Shown one piece after another: positions 43,173 through 53,495 of a stretch of DNA of 64,000 bases. The notes beneath the pieces were generated by a model that worked only from the letters and a program-made list of their open reading frames with translations, did no database searches and had not been told where the DNA came from. This DNA comes from Vicinamibacterales bacterium (GTDB taxonomy: Bacteria > Acidobacteriota > Vicinamibacteria > Vicinamibacterales > 2-12-FULL-66-21): contig DASXLB010000033.1 of the NCBI GenBank assembly GCA_036496585.1, positions 1,014 through 65,013 on the forward strand. Direction: 5' to 3'. Position 1 is the first letter of the stretch, and every line of letters starts with the position of its first letter. Made by a program: the position numbers and the translations under genes.

Positions 43173-43925
43173 GTGCGCGGTGACAGCAGCAGCCCGTTTA
43201 CCAGCAAGACGCTCAGTTTCCTGCGTTCGCTGAAGCGCAACAACCGGCGCGAGTGGTTCCACGCCCGCAAGGACCAGTATCAGGAACACGTCCACCAGCC
43301 GATGGTCGCCGTCATCGAACGCCTGGCGAACGATTTCCGGACGGTCGCTCCCGAGCTGATCGCCTCGCCCCGGCACTCGCTCTTCCGCGTCTATCGCGAC
43401 ACGCGGTTCAGCCACGACAAGCGGCCGCTGAAGACGCATGCGGCGGCGGTGTTTCGACCGAAAGACCTTCCCAAGCCGCAAGGGGCGGGCCTCTATTTCG
43501 AAGTCGCGCCGGACTGGGTGTGGATCGGCGGCGGCATGTGGCGTCCCGAGCCGCCCGAGCTCGTCCGGCTGCGCGCGCACATGGCCCGGACGTGGCCGCG
43601 GATCCGGACGATTACCCGCGCCGCCGCGTTCCGCACGCGCTTCGGCGAGCTGCAGGGTAACGCCACGACCCGCGTGCCCCGCGGGTATGCCGCCGATCAC
43701 CCTGCGGCGGACTTCCTGAAGTTTCGCCAGTTCCACGGCGGCGCGGAGTTCCCCGCCGCGTTCGCGCACAGCCGCGAGTTCTATCCGACACTGCTCGCCA
43801 CGTTCAAGGCGTTGATGCCGCTTGTCCGGTTCCTGAACGCGCCGCTCGTCGCCGGACACAGAGAGAATCAGCTGACCCTGGCCGCTGGAATGGAGACAGA
43901 AATCCGCCGACGTCGCGCTCGCTAG
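43173..43925 (+). CDS. DUF2461 (TIGR02453) family protein
   Basis: FLRSLKRNNRREWFHARKDQYQEHV, FRVYRDTRFSHDKRPLKTH and GLYFEVAPDWVWIGGGMW. Confidence 0.75.
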   Translation: MRGDSSSPFTSKTLSFLRSLKRNNRREWFHARKDQYQEHVHQPMVAVIERLANDFRTVAPELIASPRHSLFRVYRDTRFSHDKRPLKTHAAAVFRPKDLPKPQGAGLYFEVAPDWVWIGGGMWRPEPPELVRLRAHMARTWPRIRTITRAAAFRTRFGELQGNATTRVPRGYAADHPAADFLKFRQFHGGAEFPAAFAHSREFYPTLLATFKALMPLVRFLNAPLVAGHRENQLTLAAGMETEIRRRRAR

Positions 43926-44007
43926 ACGACGCCGGCACGTGCCGCACGCGATCGGCGCGCAGCCCAGGCGCTGGCCGCCGCAGCGCAGATTCTGCGCACC
44001 CCTACGA

Positions 44008-46350
44008 TCATCTGGTGGTCTGACCCCCGTCTGACCCCGGTCGGACCCCGGTCTGACCCCGGCCGCCGGGCCCCCGGCCGCCGGGCGGCAGATTCGTGAC
44101 GAAATAGCGCGCGATCAGTTGATAGATGTGCGGGGTCGTGCCAGGGCCTTCCGAGATGGCGTGCGTGCGATTGGGGTAGACCATCAGGTCGAACCGCTTG
44201 CCGAGCTCGACGAGGCGGTTGACCAGCCGCTCCGTGCCCTGGTAATGCACGTTGTCGTCGCCGGATCCGTGGACGATGAGCAGGCGACCTCGCAGGCCGG
44301 CCGCGAAGTTGATGGACGAGCCGCGGCCGTAGCCGTCTTCGTTCCTGTCGGGCACGCCCATGTAGCGTTCCTGATAAATCGTGTCGTACAGCTTCTGATC
44401 GGGGACAGGCGCCACCGACACGCCGACCTTGAACACGTCAGGATCGCGGAACATGCAGTTGAGCGTGTCCGAGCCGCCGCCGCTCCAGCCCCAGATCCCG
44501 ATGCGATCCGGATCGACGTAAGCGCGCGAGGCCGCGAAGGCCTTCACGGCCGCCGCCTGCTCCGCCGCGGCGAGTTCGCCGACCGCTCCGTAAATCACCT
44601 TCCGCCAGGCGGCCCCCTTCGGCGCCGGCGTGCCGCGGTTGTCGAAGCTGACGACGAGATAGCCCGCGTCGGCGAGCGCGCGGTGGAACAGCGTGCCGTC
44701 GCCGCCCCATCGATCGGTCACCGTCTGCGCGGCCGGCTCGCCGTAGACCTGGACGATGACCGGATACTTCCTGGACGGATCGAACGCGCGCGGCTTGATC
44801 ATCCAGCCGTCGAGCGTCACCCCGCCGCCCACCGCCACGCGCAGGGACTCGACCGGCGGCTGCAGAAGGCCGGCGAGCGCCGCCTGCAGCGCCGAGGGAT
44901 CGGTCAGCGTTCGCAGCAGCCGGTGGTCCGGCAGCGAGATCACGTCCATCGCGGCGACGCGGTCGAACGACGAATAGGTGTGAAACGCGAGCCGCGCGCC
45001 GGGGGCGGGCGTGTAGGTGTGCCATCCGGGCCGATCCGACGGCGTGACGCGCACCGGCGCCGAGGAGCCGTCGAGCGGCGCGCGATAGAGGTAACGCTCG
45101 GTGGCGGCGTCCGGCGACGCCAAAAAGTAGACAGTGCCGGCGTCCTCGCTGACGCCGACCATGTCCGTGACCTCGGCGTCGAAGTTCGTGATCAGCGCCG
45201 CCGGGCCACCCGAGCGCGGCACCCTGTAGATGTGCCGCCAGCCGTCACGCTCGCTCAGCCACAGAAACGCCCGGGCGTGATCGATCCATTCGATCTCGCT
45301 CTGCACGTCGACCCAGGTGGGATGACCGTCCATCTCGTAGGCGCGATCCTGGAACACGCGCGTGACGCCGCCCGTCGCCGCGTCGGCGAGGAACAGGCTG
45401 TTCTCGTTCTGTTCGCGGTTCAGTTGCTGCATCGCGACCGTCGAGGCGTCGATCCAATCCAGGCTGGCGACATACGTGTTGCGGGGATCGCCCGGGAGGC
45501 GCACCCAGCTCGTGGCGCCGCCAGTCGCCGGAACGAGGCCGACGCGGACGGCGGAGTTGGCCGTGCCGGGTTTGGGATAGGCGTAGGTGGTCGTCGTTGG
45601 ATAGAGGGCTGAGGTGTCGTTGACGAGCGTCATGTTGCCGACGCCGCTCGTGTCGAACTGCCAGTAGGCGATGCGGGCGCCATCAGGACTCCACTGGAAG
45701 CCGTCGCGGATGTCGAGCTCTTCCTCGTTGACCCAGTCGGAGGTGCCGTTGACGATGGTGCCGGCGGTGGCCGGCGCCCAGGCGGCACCGCCGGGCGGCG
45801 CGGTGCCGTCGGTGGTGAGCGGCGTGATCGCCCCGGTCGCGATCTGCTCGACGTAGATGTTGTTCTGGCGCACGTAGGCGACCCGCGCGGCGTCGGGCGA
45901 GAACTTCGCGAACATCAGCGAGGATTCCGGCGCGTCGCCGCCCAGCTTCTTCTGCGAGCCGTTCGCGACGTCGATCACGTAGTAGTCGCCGCGCGTCTCC
46001 TGGCGCCACACCTTTCTGGTGTTGGTGAAGACCAGCAGCCGGGTGCCGTCGGCCGACCATGCGTAGTCGTCGACGTCGAGCGGCGTCCGGGCCTGCACCG
46101 ACCGTGCGCCGCTGGCCGCGTCGTAACGCGCGATCTCGCTCCCTTGCCCGCGGCGTTCGACGATCGCGTAGGCGCTGCCGTCGGGCAGCCAGCGCGCCGG
46201 CCCGAACCGCGGCGCCTCGTAGGCGTGGTCCTTGTAGATTCGGTCGATCTGGGTCTCGAGCGCCGTGCGGACATCGGCCTGCTGAGCCCCAGCGACCGCC
46301 AGCAACGCGACCGCGATCGCCGCCGTCGCGAACGAGCGAGAAGAAGACAT
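44008..46350 (-). CDS. dipeptidyl-peptidase IV family serine peptidase (S9B)
   Basis: ATG at 46350 with signal MSSSRSFATAAIAVALLAVAGAQQ. DPP-IV N-terminal propeller pattern (WSADGTRLLVFTNTRKVWRQETRGDYYV). Nucleophile GIWGWSGGGS, plus GSGDDNVH and a His region. Confidence 0.85.
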   Translation of the reverse strand: MSSSRSFATAAIAVALLAVAGAQQADVRTALETQIDRIYKDHAYEAPRFGPARWLPDGSAYAIVERRGQGSEIARYDAASGARSVQARTPLDVDDYAWSADGTRLLVFTNTRKVWRQETRGDYYVIDVANGSQKKLGGDAPESSLMFAKFSPDAARVAYVRQNNIYVEQIATGAITPLTTDGTAPPGGAAWAPATAGTIVNGTSDWVNEEELDIRDGFQWSPDGARIAYWQFDTSGVGNMTLVNDTSALYPTTTTYAYPKPGTANSAVRVGLVPATGGATSWVRLPGDPRNTYVASLDWIDASTVAMQQLNREQNENSLFLADAATGGVTRVFQDRAYEMDGHPTWVDVQSEIEWIDHARAFLWLSERDGWRHIYRVPRSGGPAALITNFDAEVTDMVGVSEDAGTVYFLASPDAATERYLYRAPLDGSSAPVRVTPSDRPGWHTYTPAPGARLAFHTYSSFDRVAAMDVISLPDHRLLRTLTDPSALQAALAGLLQPPVESLRVAVGGGVTLDGWMIKPRAFDPSRKYPVIVQVYGEPAAQTVTDRWGGDGTLFHRALADAGYLVVSFDNRGTPAPKGAAWRKVIYGAVGELAAAEQAAAVKAFAASRAYVDPDRIGIWGWSGGGSDTLNCMFRDPDVFKVGVSVAPVPDQKLYDTIYQERYMGVPDRNEDGYGRGSSINFAAGLRGRLLIVHGSGDDNVHYQGTERLVNRLVELGKRFDLMVYPNRTHAISEGPGTTPHIYQLIARYFVTNLPPGGRGPGGRGQTGVRPGSDGGQTTR

Positions 46351-46408
46351 GGCGCACAGATTACTGCAGCGTCGGCCTCGGCAGCCGCCGGTTCGCAACC
46401 AGCGGCCG

Positions 46409-46440
46409 CAAAAAAGAAAAGCCGACGCCAAAGCGTCGGC
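46409..46440 (-). terminator. Rho-independent terminator of ahcY
   Basis: On the minus strand: GCCGACGC tttg GCGTCGGC followed by TTTTCTTTTTT. It lies 28 nt downstream of the ahcY stop. Confidence 0.7.
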
Positions 46441-46467
46441 CTTTCAGTCTGCCGTCTTCTCTCAGCG

Positions 46468-47961
46468 TCAGTACCGATAGTGCTCGGCCTTGTACGGCCC
46501 CTCGACCGGGACGCCGATGTAGGCGGCCTGTTCAGGGGTCAGCGTGGTCAGCTTCACGCCGAGGTGATCGAGGTGCAGCCGCGCGACCTCTTCGTCGAGG
46601 TGCTTCGGCAGGATGTAGACCTTCTTCTCGTACTTCGCGTTGTGCTGGTGCAGCTCGAGCTGCGCAATCACCTGATTGGTGAACGACGCCGACATCACGA
46701 AGCTGGGGTGACCGGTCGCGCAGCCGAGATTCAGCAGGCGCCCCTCTGCGAGGATCAGCACGCTCCTGCCGCTCGGGAAGCGGAACTCGTCGTACTGCGG
46801 CTTGATCTCGATCCGCTCGATGCCGCGCTTCTTCAGCCCGGCCATGTCGATCTCGTTGTCGAAGTGACCGATGTTGCCGATGATCGCGTTGTGCTTCATC
46901 TTCGCCATCATGTCGACGGTGATGATGTTCAGGTTGCCGGTCGCCGTGACAAAGATGTCGGCGGTCTCGACGACGTCGCCGACCGGCTTGACTTCGTAGC
47001 CTTCCATCGCCGCCTGCAGCGCACAGATCGGGTCGATCTCGGCGACGATCACGCGGCAGCCCTGCCCGCGCAGCGCCTGCGCACAGCCCTTGCCGACCTC
47101 ACCGAAGCCGACGACGACGGCGACCTTGCCGCCCATCATGACGTCGGTGGCGCGGTTGAGACCGTCGATGAGCGAGTGGCGGCAGCCGTAAATGTTGTCG
47201 AACTTGCTCTTGGTCACCGAGTCGTTGACGTTGATCGCCGGGAACAGCAGCGTGCCGGCCTTCATCATCTCGTAGAGGCGATGCACGCCGGTGGTCGTCT
47301 CTTCCGAGACGCCCTTCATGTCAGCCGCGACCTTGGTCCATCGCTGTGGGCTCGCCTTCAGCTCCTGGCGCAGCAGCTCCAGGATGACGCCCCATTCTTC
47401 GGGCTCCTTGTCGGCGTCGAACGCCGGCACCTTGCCGGCCTTCTCGTACTCGACCCCCTTGTGCAGGAGCAGCGTCGCGTCGCCGCCGTCGTCGACGATC
47501 TGGGTCGGGCCGGATCCGTCGGGCCACATCAGCGACTCGCTCGTGCACCACCAGTATTCCTCGAGCGTCTCCCCCTTCCAGGCGAAGACCGGGGTGCCCT
47601 TGGGATTCGCCGGCGTGCCGCCGGTCTCCGGGCGGCCGACCACGACAGCCGCGGCGGCGTGATCCTGGGTCGAAAAGATGTTGCACGACACCCAACGCAC
47701 GTCCGCGCCAAGCTCGGTGAGCGTCTCGATCAGCACGGCGGTCTGAACAGTCATGTGCAGCGAGCCCATGACCCTCGCGCCGGCGAGCGGCTTCGCCGCG
47801 GCGTAACGCCGGCGGAGCGCCATCAGGCCGGGCATTTCGTGCTCGGCAAGACGGATCTCCTTGCGACCGAAGTCGGCAAGGCCGAGATCCTTGACCTTGT
47901 GCGGCTCGCGGCCAACCTTCACCGCGGCGTCGAACGGATGCGTTTCAACAACTGTCGCCAT
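46468..47961 (-). CDS. ahcY: adenosylhomocysteinase
   Basis: ATG at 47961 ([10 protein letters not shown]...). [47 protein letters not shown]-like [10 protein letters not shown], and C-terminal [10 protein letters not shown]. Confidence 0.95.
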   Translation of the reverse strand: MATVVETHPFDAAVKVGREPHKVKDLGLADFGRKEIRLAEHEMPGLMALRRRYAAAKPLAGARVMGSLHMTVQTAVLIETLTELGADVRWVSCNIFSTQDHAAAAVVVGRPETGGTPANPKGTPVFAWKGETLEEYWWCTSESLMWPDGSGPTQIVDDGGDATLLLHKGVEYEKAGKVPAFDADKEPEEWGVILELLRQELKASPQRWTKVAADMKGVSEETTTGVHRLYEMMKAGTLLFPAINVNDSVTKSKFDNIYGCRHSLIDGLNRATDVMMGGKVAVVVGFGEVGKGCAQALRGQGCRVIVAEIDPICALQAAMEGYEVKPVGDVVETADIFVTATGNLNIITVDMMAKMKHNAIIGNIGHFDNEIDMAGLKKRGIERIEIKPQYDEFRFPSGRSVLILAEGRLLNLGCATGHPSFVMSASFTNQVIAQLELHQHNAKYEKKVYILPKHLDEEVARLHLDHLGVKLTTLTPEQAAYIGVPVEGPYKAEHYRY

Positions 47962-47995
47962 GCTCACTCCTTGTTGCGAACTGTCAACTACCAAA

Positions 47996-48964
47996 CTATT
48001 TCTTCAGCGCCGACGCGACGAAAAGCGCCGGCCCTTTTGCCTGCGGATCGACCGGCATCGGCACGATCCGGACGTCATCGAATCCCGCGCCGCCGAGCAG
48101 CCGTCCGAACTGGTCGCCGCCGAACCCGAGCCAGACGTGCCCCATCTGCTGCTTGTAGTCCTCGCGATCGTGCGGCAGCATGTCGCACACGACGAGACGG
48201 CCGCCGGGTTTCAGTGTTCGCGCCGCCTCGCTCAGCGCCGCGGCCGGATCCGGCACGTGGTGCAGCACCAGAATCATCACGGCGGCATCCAGCTCGGCAT
48301 CGCCAATCGGCAGCGCCTCGAGATCGCCGCGGCGGACGTCGACGTTCGGCAGATCGCGAAGCCGCCGCCGCGCCGCCTGCAGCATGTCGCCGCTGCGATC
48401 GACCGCCAGCGCGCGCGCGACGAACGGGGCCAGCGCCGCGCTCGTTTCGCCGGTGCCGCACCCGAGATCGCCGACCGTCCATGTTCGATCGAGCAGCGCT
48501 GGCAGCGCCTGCAACGCCGAGGCGCTCCCAAACAGCTCGCGCCGCAGCCGATCCCACTGGCCGGCTGCCGACGCGAAGAACTCCTCCGACTTCGTCTGCC
48601 GGCGCGCCAGCACCCCCTTCAGCCGGCGGCCATCCTGATCGGCACCAGGCGTGGTCGCAATCTGGTCGCGAAGCAGCGCCCAGAGCCGACGCGTGGACGC
48701 GGCCCGCTCGTTGGCGCCAGAGCCGTGGCGCAGACGACCGTCGAGCGCCAGTGTGTAGTAGCGGCTGGTGCCGTCGCGCCGCGACGAAACCCAGGCCGCA
48801 TCGGACAACGTCTTCAGATGGCGGCTGACGGTCGACTGCGGCAACTGCAGGATCGTGCAGAGCTCAGACACCGTCAACTCCTGGCGCTCGAGCACCAGCA
48901 GCATGCGCCCCCGCGTCGCATCGGCCAGCGTCGTCAAATCGTCGAAGATGGCGGGGGTATTCAT
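47996..48964 (-). CDS. ArsR/SmtB-family HTH fused to class I SAM-dependent methyltransferase
   Basis: N-terminal wHTH ([40 protein letters not shown]). C-terminal MTase ([35 protein letters not shown]). It ends 34 nt upstream of ahcY. Confidence 0.8.
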   Translation of the reverse strand: MNTPAIFDDLTTLADATRGRMLLVLERQELTVSELCTILQLPQSTVSRHLKTLSDAAWVSSRRDGTSRYYTLALDGRLRHGSGANERAASTRRLWALLRDQIATTPGADQDGRRLKGVLARRQTKSEEFFASAAGQWDRLRRELFGSASALQALPALLDRTWTVGDLGCGTGETSAALAPFVARALAVDRSGDMLQAARRRLRDLPNVDVRRGDLEALPIGDAELDAAVMILVLHHVPDPAAALSEAARTLKPGGRLVVCDMLPHDREDYKQQMGHVWLGFGGDQFGRLLGGAGFDDVRIVPMPVDPQAKGPALFVASALKK

Positions 48965-49166
48965 CCGTATATCCGGATTAACAGCTTAATCGTTACGGCC
49001 GAGTCATGTCAAGCGACATGCGAGCCACGTCTGGGGCGCGCCCCGCAGGGACGCGGAGGGCGGAAGACGGTTACTGGGCTGGCCGCAACCTGCAGCAATT
49101 CAAGACTCAGCCGTGGCACTTCCTCCCCGCTATCGCGGGCATGTGTTGTGCACCTCGAGGCGTGCT

Positions 49167-49535
49167 ATGGCTGACGTTTCCAAGAACCTCACGATTGCCC
49201 GCGCGCCGGTGAATGTCTGGGATCGCCAGACCTCCGCGCTGCAGGCGTATGACCACGAGCGATGGATCACCGCCGCCTGGGGCAGCACGGTCGCGGTGAT
49301 CGGGGCCCGCCGCGGCGGCTTCGCCGGCGGCCTCCTCGCCACACTCGGCGCCACGCTCGCCGTGCGCGCCGCGATGGGGCGTCACGACTACCGCCTGGCG
49401 CGCCATTGGATCGATTCCGCGCTGCGCGACCGCGGCTGGGTGGGCAAGGACATCGTCAACGACGCCGCGGAGGAATCGTTCCCCGCCAGCGACACGCCGT
49501 CATGGACGGCAGACATCGGTACGGCGCGACGCTAA
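49167..49535 (+). CDS. hypothetical membrane protein
   Basis: ATG at 49167. Two Gly/Ala-rich hydrophobic segments (WITAAWGSTVAVIGARRGGFAGGLLATLGATLAV). 13 nt upstream of the next gene. Confidence 0.5.
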   Translation: MADVSKNLTIARAPVNVWDRQTSALQAYDHERWITAAWGSTVAVIGARRGGFAGGLLATLGATLAVRAAMGRHDYRLARHWIDSALRDRGWVGKDIVNDAAEESFPASDTPSWTADIGTARR

Positions 49536-49548
49536 GGGGGGCACCACG

Positions 49549-50271
49549 ATGAACATGGACCTGGTCTTTCCCGAGGACGACGCGGACGTCGTGGCCCGCT
49601 CCGGCCGCAACATCAGCGGTCTCGAGAAGTGGGTGTCGATCGCCGCCGGAACCGGACTCGCGCTGTACGGCCTGTCGCGTCTCAGGGGCAACGGCTGGCT
49701 CCTGGCGGGGGCCGGCGGCCTGCTGCTCCGCCGCGGCATCACCGCGCACTGCGACGTCTACGAGGCCTTCGGCGTCAACACCGCCGTCAGCCCGCAGAAC
49801 ACGCGCGCCTCCCTCGGCGGGCCGCGTGGCATCAACGTGCTCGAGAGCGTCACCATCCACCGCTCGCTGGAGGAGTTGTACCGGTTCTGGCGCAACCTCG
49901 AGAACCTGCCGCAGTTCATGCGCCATCTCGCCTCGGTCGACAAGATCACCGACACGATTTCGCACTGGCGCGCCCGCGGCCCGGCCAGCATGGTCGTCGA
50001 GTGGGACGCCGAGATCTACAACGAAGTCGCCAACAAGCTGATCGCGTGGCGCTCGCTCGAAGGCGCCGACGTCGTCAGCGCGGGATCGGTCAACTTTGCC
50101 CGCACGGCCAATGGAATGGGGACGCGTGTCACCGTCCACCTGCAGTACAGCCCGCCGCTCGGCAAGCTGGGGGCGGCCGTCGCGAAGATCTTCGGGGCCG
50201 ACGCCGCGAGCGAAATCCGCGAGGATCTCCAGCGCTTCAAGCAGATGGTCGAGAGCGGACAGAAGGCCTGA
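49549..50271 (+). CDS. YgaP-like (DUF2892) transmembrane segment fused to SRPBCC/cyclase-dehydrase domain
   Basis: WVSIAAGTGLALYGLSRLRGNGWLLAGAGGLLLRRGITAHCDVYEAFGV, then an SRPBCC-like part (ITIHRSLEELYRFWRNLENLPQFMRHL...WDAEIYNEVANKLIAWRS). Confidence 0.65.
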   Translation: MNMDLVFPEDDADVVARSGRNISGLEKWVSIAAGTGLALYGLSRLRGNGWLLAGAGGLLLRRGITAHCDVYEAFGVNTAVSPQNTRASLGGPRGINVLESVTIHRSLEELYRFWRNLENLPQFMRHLASVDKITDTISHWRARGPASMVVEWDAEIYNEVANKLIAWRSLEGADVVSAGSVNFARTANGMGTRVTVHLQYSPPLGKLGAAVAKIFGADAASEIREDLQRFKQMVESGQKA

Positions 50272-50289
50272 ACGGATCCCGGGCGCGCC

Positions 50290-51318
50290 TCACGCCTCGT
50301 TGTTGGCGGCCGCGGCGCGATCGGTGAGCGCCGCCGCGATGGACGGCGTCGAGCGGGCAGCCAGCGTGTCGCGACCGCAGCGGACGCGGTTGCCCTCGGG
50401 ATCGGACGTGGCTTCCGGCAGCAGCCTCGACACCACCATCATCGCGCGCGCGACGGAGGCGGGCGCCACCGTATTGCCGACCGCGAGCAGCGCCGCCGGC
50501 GCCGTGAGCGTCAGCGCCGGGTCGCCGTGCCGGCACGCCTCGACGATGCGCGCGGCCGCACGCGCGGCGCCGATCGTCAGTCCCGGCACCGAGCTCGCCG
50601 CCCTGAACCAGGTGAACTCGGCGTCGTGCCGACCCTTGAACTGTGCGTTGATCGGGGAGCCGGTGCGCATCAGGCCCGGCGCTACCGTCGTCACGCGGAT
50701 GCCATAGCGGGCGACTTCGGCGCGCACCGCATCCGACAGACCGGTCAGCGCGAACTTGCTCGCGGAGTACGGCGCCAGGTGCGGCACCGCCACCTTCCCG
50801 CCGATCGACGCGATGTTGACGATGCGGCCGAAGCACTGGTGGCGCATCGAGGGCAGCAGCTCCAGCATCATGTGCAGCGGACCCCAGAAATGCGTCGCCA
50901 TCGCGTTCTCGAAATCCTCCTCGGTCATGTGCTCGAGGGGACCGACCTGGATGATGCCGGCGTCGTTGATCAGCGCATCGACGCGTCGGAATCGATCGAG
51001 GATCGCGTCGACGGCGGCGCGAACGTCGCTGCGACGGCGCACATCGCATTGGAAGGTCGCGACCGAACCGCGGCCGCGCCCCGTCAATTCGTCGCGCGCG
51101 CGATCGAGTTCTCCGGCGTCGCGCGCCAGCAGCGCCAGATGCGCTCCTTCGTCGGCCAGCCGGCGGGCGATTTCGAGCCCGAGCCCCCGCGATCCGCCGG
51201 TGATCACCACCACGCGGTCGTCGAACGAGATGGCGAGGCGCGCGCGCGCCAGGCGCATCGCCAGCCATGCGGCGCCGAGCCCTGCGGCGCTGGCGATCAG
51301 GGATGTCCGTCTCTTCAC
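50290..51318 (-). CDS. short-chain dehydrogenase/reductase (SDR)
   Basis: VVVITGGSRGLGLEIARRLADEG (TGxxxGxG), NDAG, and catalytic YSASKFAL. The start was set to GTG near 51318 so that it follows the upstream gene, and it is approximate. Confidence 0.8.
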   Translation of the reverse strand: MKRRTSLIASAAGLGAAWLAMRLARARLAISFDDRVVVITGGSRGLGLEIARRLADEGAHLALLARDAGELDRARDELTGRGRGSVATFQCDVRRRSDVRAAVDAILDRFRRVDALINDAGIIQVGPLEHMTEEDFENAMATHFWGPLHMMLELLPSMRHQCFGRIVNIASIGGKVAVPHLAPYSASKFALTGLSDAVRAEVARYGIRVTTVAPGLMRTGSPINAQFKGRHDAEFTWFRAASSVPGLTIGAARAAARIVEACRHGDPALTLTAPAALLAVGNTVAPASVARAMMVVSRLLPEATSDPEGNRVRCGRDTLAARSTPSIAAALTDRAAAANNEA

Positions 51319-51338
51319 GTCACGTCTCCAGATTCTCT

Positions 51339-51944
51339 CTAGCAGGGGCGCTTGAACGCACCGTGCGGGGTGCGGGCCAGGAAGCCCTCCGTCACCAGCG
51401 CGATCAGGATGCTGTCGCACGCGTCGCGGTCAAGGTCGAACACCAGCCGCGCCTGCTCGGCCGTGAGTGACAGACCTGGCAGCGCGGCGAACTCCTCGCG
51501 CACCCGCACGGAGGCGGACGCATCGATGGACCTCAGCGGCCCGATCGTCGCGCGGCTCCCCGCCCGTGCCATCGCGCGCGACACTTCCCGAAGCACCGCC
51601 ACCGGTAGGCACGGCTTGAGCAGCACGCGGTCGACCCCGGCCTGAATCGCCTCGCGCTCGACGTGGGGAGTGGCGTAGCCGCTGACCATGACGATGCTGA
51701 TGCCAGCGGTGCGCGGATCGGCCTTGAGCCGGCGGGCGACCGTGATGCCATCGACATCGGGAAGCACGTAGTCAGTCAGGAGGACGTCGGGAACGATCTC
51801 GACGGCGGAGACGATCGCCTGCGAGCCGGTCCCGGCTTCGGCGGTCCGATAGCCGCTCGTGTCGAAACACGCGCGATACAGCTCGCGCGTGTCGCGGTCG
51901 TCGTCGGCGATAAGGAGGAACGGGTATTGACGCGCCCCGCTCAC
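51339..51944 (-). CDS. response regulator (CheY-like receiver) with uncharacterised ~80-aa C-terminal domain
   Basis: FLLIADDDRDTRELY...VLLTDYVLPDVDGITVARRLK...IVMVSGY...LLKPC. The C-terminal LTAEQARLVFDLDRDACDSILIALVTEGFLART looks winged-helix-like. Confidence 0.8.
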   Translation of the reverse strand: MSGARQYPFLLIADDDRDTRELYRACFDTSGYRTAEAGTGSQAIVSAVEIVPDVLLTDYVLPDVDGITVARRLKADPRTAGISIVMVSGYATPHVEREAIQAGVDRVLLKPCLPVAVLREVSRAMARAGSRATIGPLRSIDASASVRVREEFAALPGLSLTAEQARLVFDLDRDACDSILIALVTEGFLARTPHGAFKRPC

Positions 51945-52270
51945 TTCCCTGCGTCCCCCCTCGACCCGAGCCCGGCGCCACCCGTGAGCTCGCGCTCGGC
52001 GGCCAGCCAGTCGTCGAAGTCTCTCCCGTCGGCGCCGCCGCGCGCCAGGAACAGCTCATAGGCCCGCATCGCGATCCGCCCGCGATGGTCGACGCTGCTA
52101 CAGTTGTCGTATTCGCGGACGGTCGCGGGCGCACCCCTGGAAGGCATCGCATCGGTCTGTGCCGAAATCGCATCCGAGGCGGAGGGCATCCGCCTTCTTT
52201 CTCTGGCCATGCGATCGCTGACATCAACCCCCGTGCCAGCCTGGTGCGGGCAAAGCCCGGCCGAGGCCAA
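51941..52270 (-). CDS. DUF2934 domain protein
   Basis: C-terminal IAMRAYELFLARGGADGRDFDDWLAAEREL is the DUF2934 pattern. The stop overlaps the response-regulator start by 4 nt. The start codon is uncertain, with several in-frame ATGs. Confidence 0.55.
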   Translation of the reverse strand: MASAGLCPHQAGTGVDVSDRMARERRRMPSASDAISAQTDAMPSRGAPATVREYDNCSSVDHRGRIAMRAYELFLARGGADGRDFDDWLAAERELTGGAGLGSRGDAGK

Positions 52271-52404
52271 GGGCGGGGCCGCGCAAGGCGATGTAAATCA
52301 ATACGCACCGCATCGAATGGATTACAGGTGGCCGACCCGGCTGAGCCGGAGTTCGGGCGGCTGTGTGGCCCGTCGTTCTCGATCGGATAACATCACGTCA
52401 CTTC

Positions 52405-53436
52405 ATGGAACAGCGATTTCTCGGCAATTCCGGGCTGAGTGTTTCGGCCCTGACGTTCGGCACCATGACCCTCGGCGGGCGGGACCGCTTCGCGAAGATG
52501 GGGAACCTCGGTGTCGACGACACGGTCCGCATCCTCGGCATCCTGCGCGACGCCGGGGTCTCGACGCTCGACACCGCCGACATCTACTCGGTCGGGGGCG
52601 CCGAGGAAGTGCTCGGGCAGGCGCTCAAGGGGCAGCGCGACGACTTCGTGCTGGTGACCAAGGCGTATCAGCGGATGCATGCCGGCCCGTTCGGCACCGG
52701 CCTGTCGCGCCGCTACCTCGTCGCCGCGTGCGAGGCCAGCCTGCGCCGCCTGCAGACCGACTACCTCGATCTCTATCTCTGCCACGAGCCGGACACGTTC
52801 GTGCCGGTGGAGGAGACGCTGCGGGCTTACGACGATCTCGTGTCGGCCGGCAAGGTTCGCTACATCGGCTGCTCGAACCACGCCGCGTGGCAGGTGATGA
52901 AGGCGCTCGCCGCGTCCGATCGGATCCTGGCGCCGCGCTACGTCACGCAGCAGGTGAACTATTCGCTGGTCGCCCGCGACGTCGAGCACGACATCGTGCC
53001 GCTGGCCCTCGACCAGCGCTGCGGACTGATGGTGTGGAGCCCGCTCCAGGCGGGTCTGCTCACTGGAAAGTTCCGGCGCGACTCGCCGAAACCGGAGGTC
53101 GCCCGGATCAATGATCTGGGCGTTCCCGGCACGGTCGACTTCGATCGTCTCTATCGCATCGTCGACGTGCTCGACGCCATTGCCCGCGAGCGCGCCGCGA
53201 CGATCGCCCAGGTGGCGATCAACTGGGTGCTGCACAAACCCGGCGTCGACACGGTGATCCTCGGCGCCCGCAACGAGACGCAGCTTCGCGACATCCTCAA
53301 GTCGGCAGACTTCCGCCTGACGCCGGAGGAATCCGCCCGGCTCGATGAAGTCAGCGCCCTGCCGGAACCGTATCCGCAGTGGCACCAGCACAAGTTCGGC
53401 ATCGAGCGGAACCCGCGGCTGCCAGCGCAGCGATAG
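52405..53436 (+). CDS. aldo/keto reductase
   Basis: ATG at 52405 (MEQRFLGNSGLSVSALTFGTMTLGG). DTADIYS, LVTKA, YLDLYLCHEPD and IGCSNH. Confidence 0.9.
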   Translation: MEQRFLGNSGLSVSALTFGTMTLGGRDRFAKMGNLGVDDTVRILGILRDAGVSTLDTADIYSVGGAEEVLGQALKGQRDDFVLVTKAYQRMHAGPFGTGLSRRYLVAACEASLRRLQTDYLDLYLCHEPDTFVPVEETLRAYDDLVSAGKVRYIGCSNHAAWQVMKALAASDRILAPRYVTQQVNYSLVARDVEHDIVPLALDQRCGLMVWSPLQAGLLTGKFRRDSPKPEVARINDLGVPGTVDFDRLYRIVDVLDAIARERAATIAQVAINWVLHKPGVDTVILGARNETQLRDILKSADFRLTPEESARLDEVSALPEPYPQWHQHKFGIERNPRLPAQR

Positions 53437-53495
53437 TCACCGTTCGCAATTGCCGGCGCTGGCTCGAGCCGCAGGCGGCAACCCGCAACCGGCAA

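Noticed and set aside
47962-47995. SAH riboswitch upstream of ahcY
   Set aside because: Only 34 nt separate ahcY from the upstream gene, which is too short for the SAH riboswitch fold. Co-transcription with the ArsR-methyltransferase gene is more likely.
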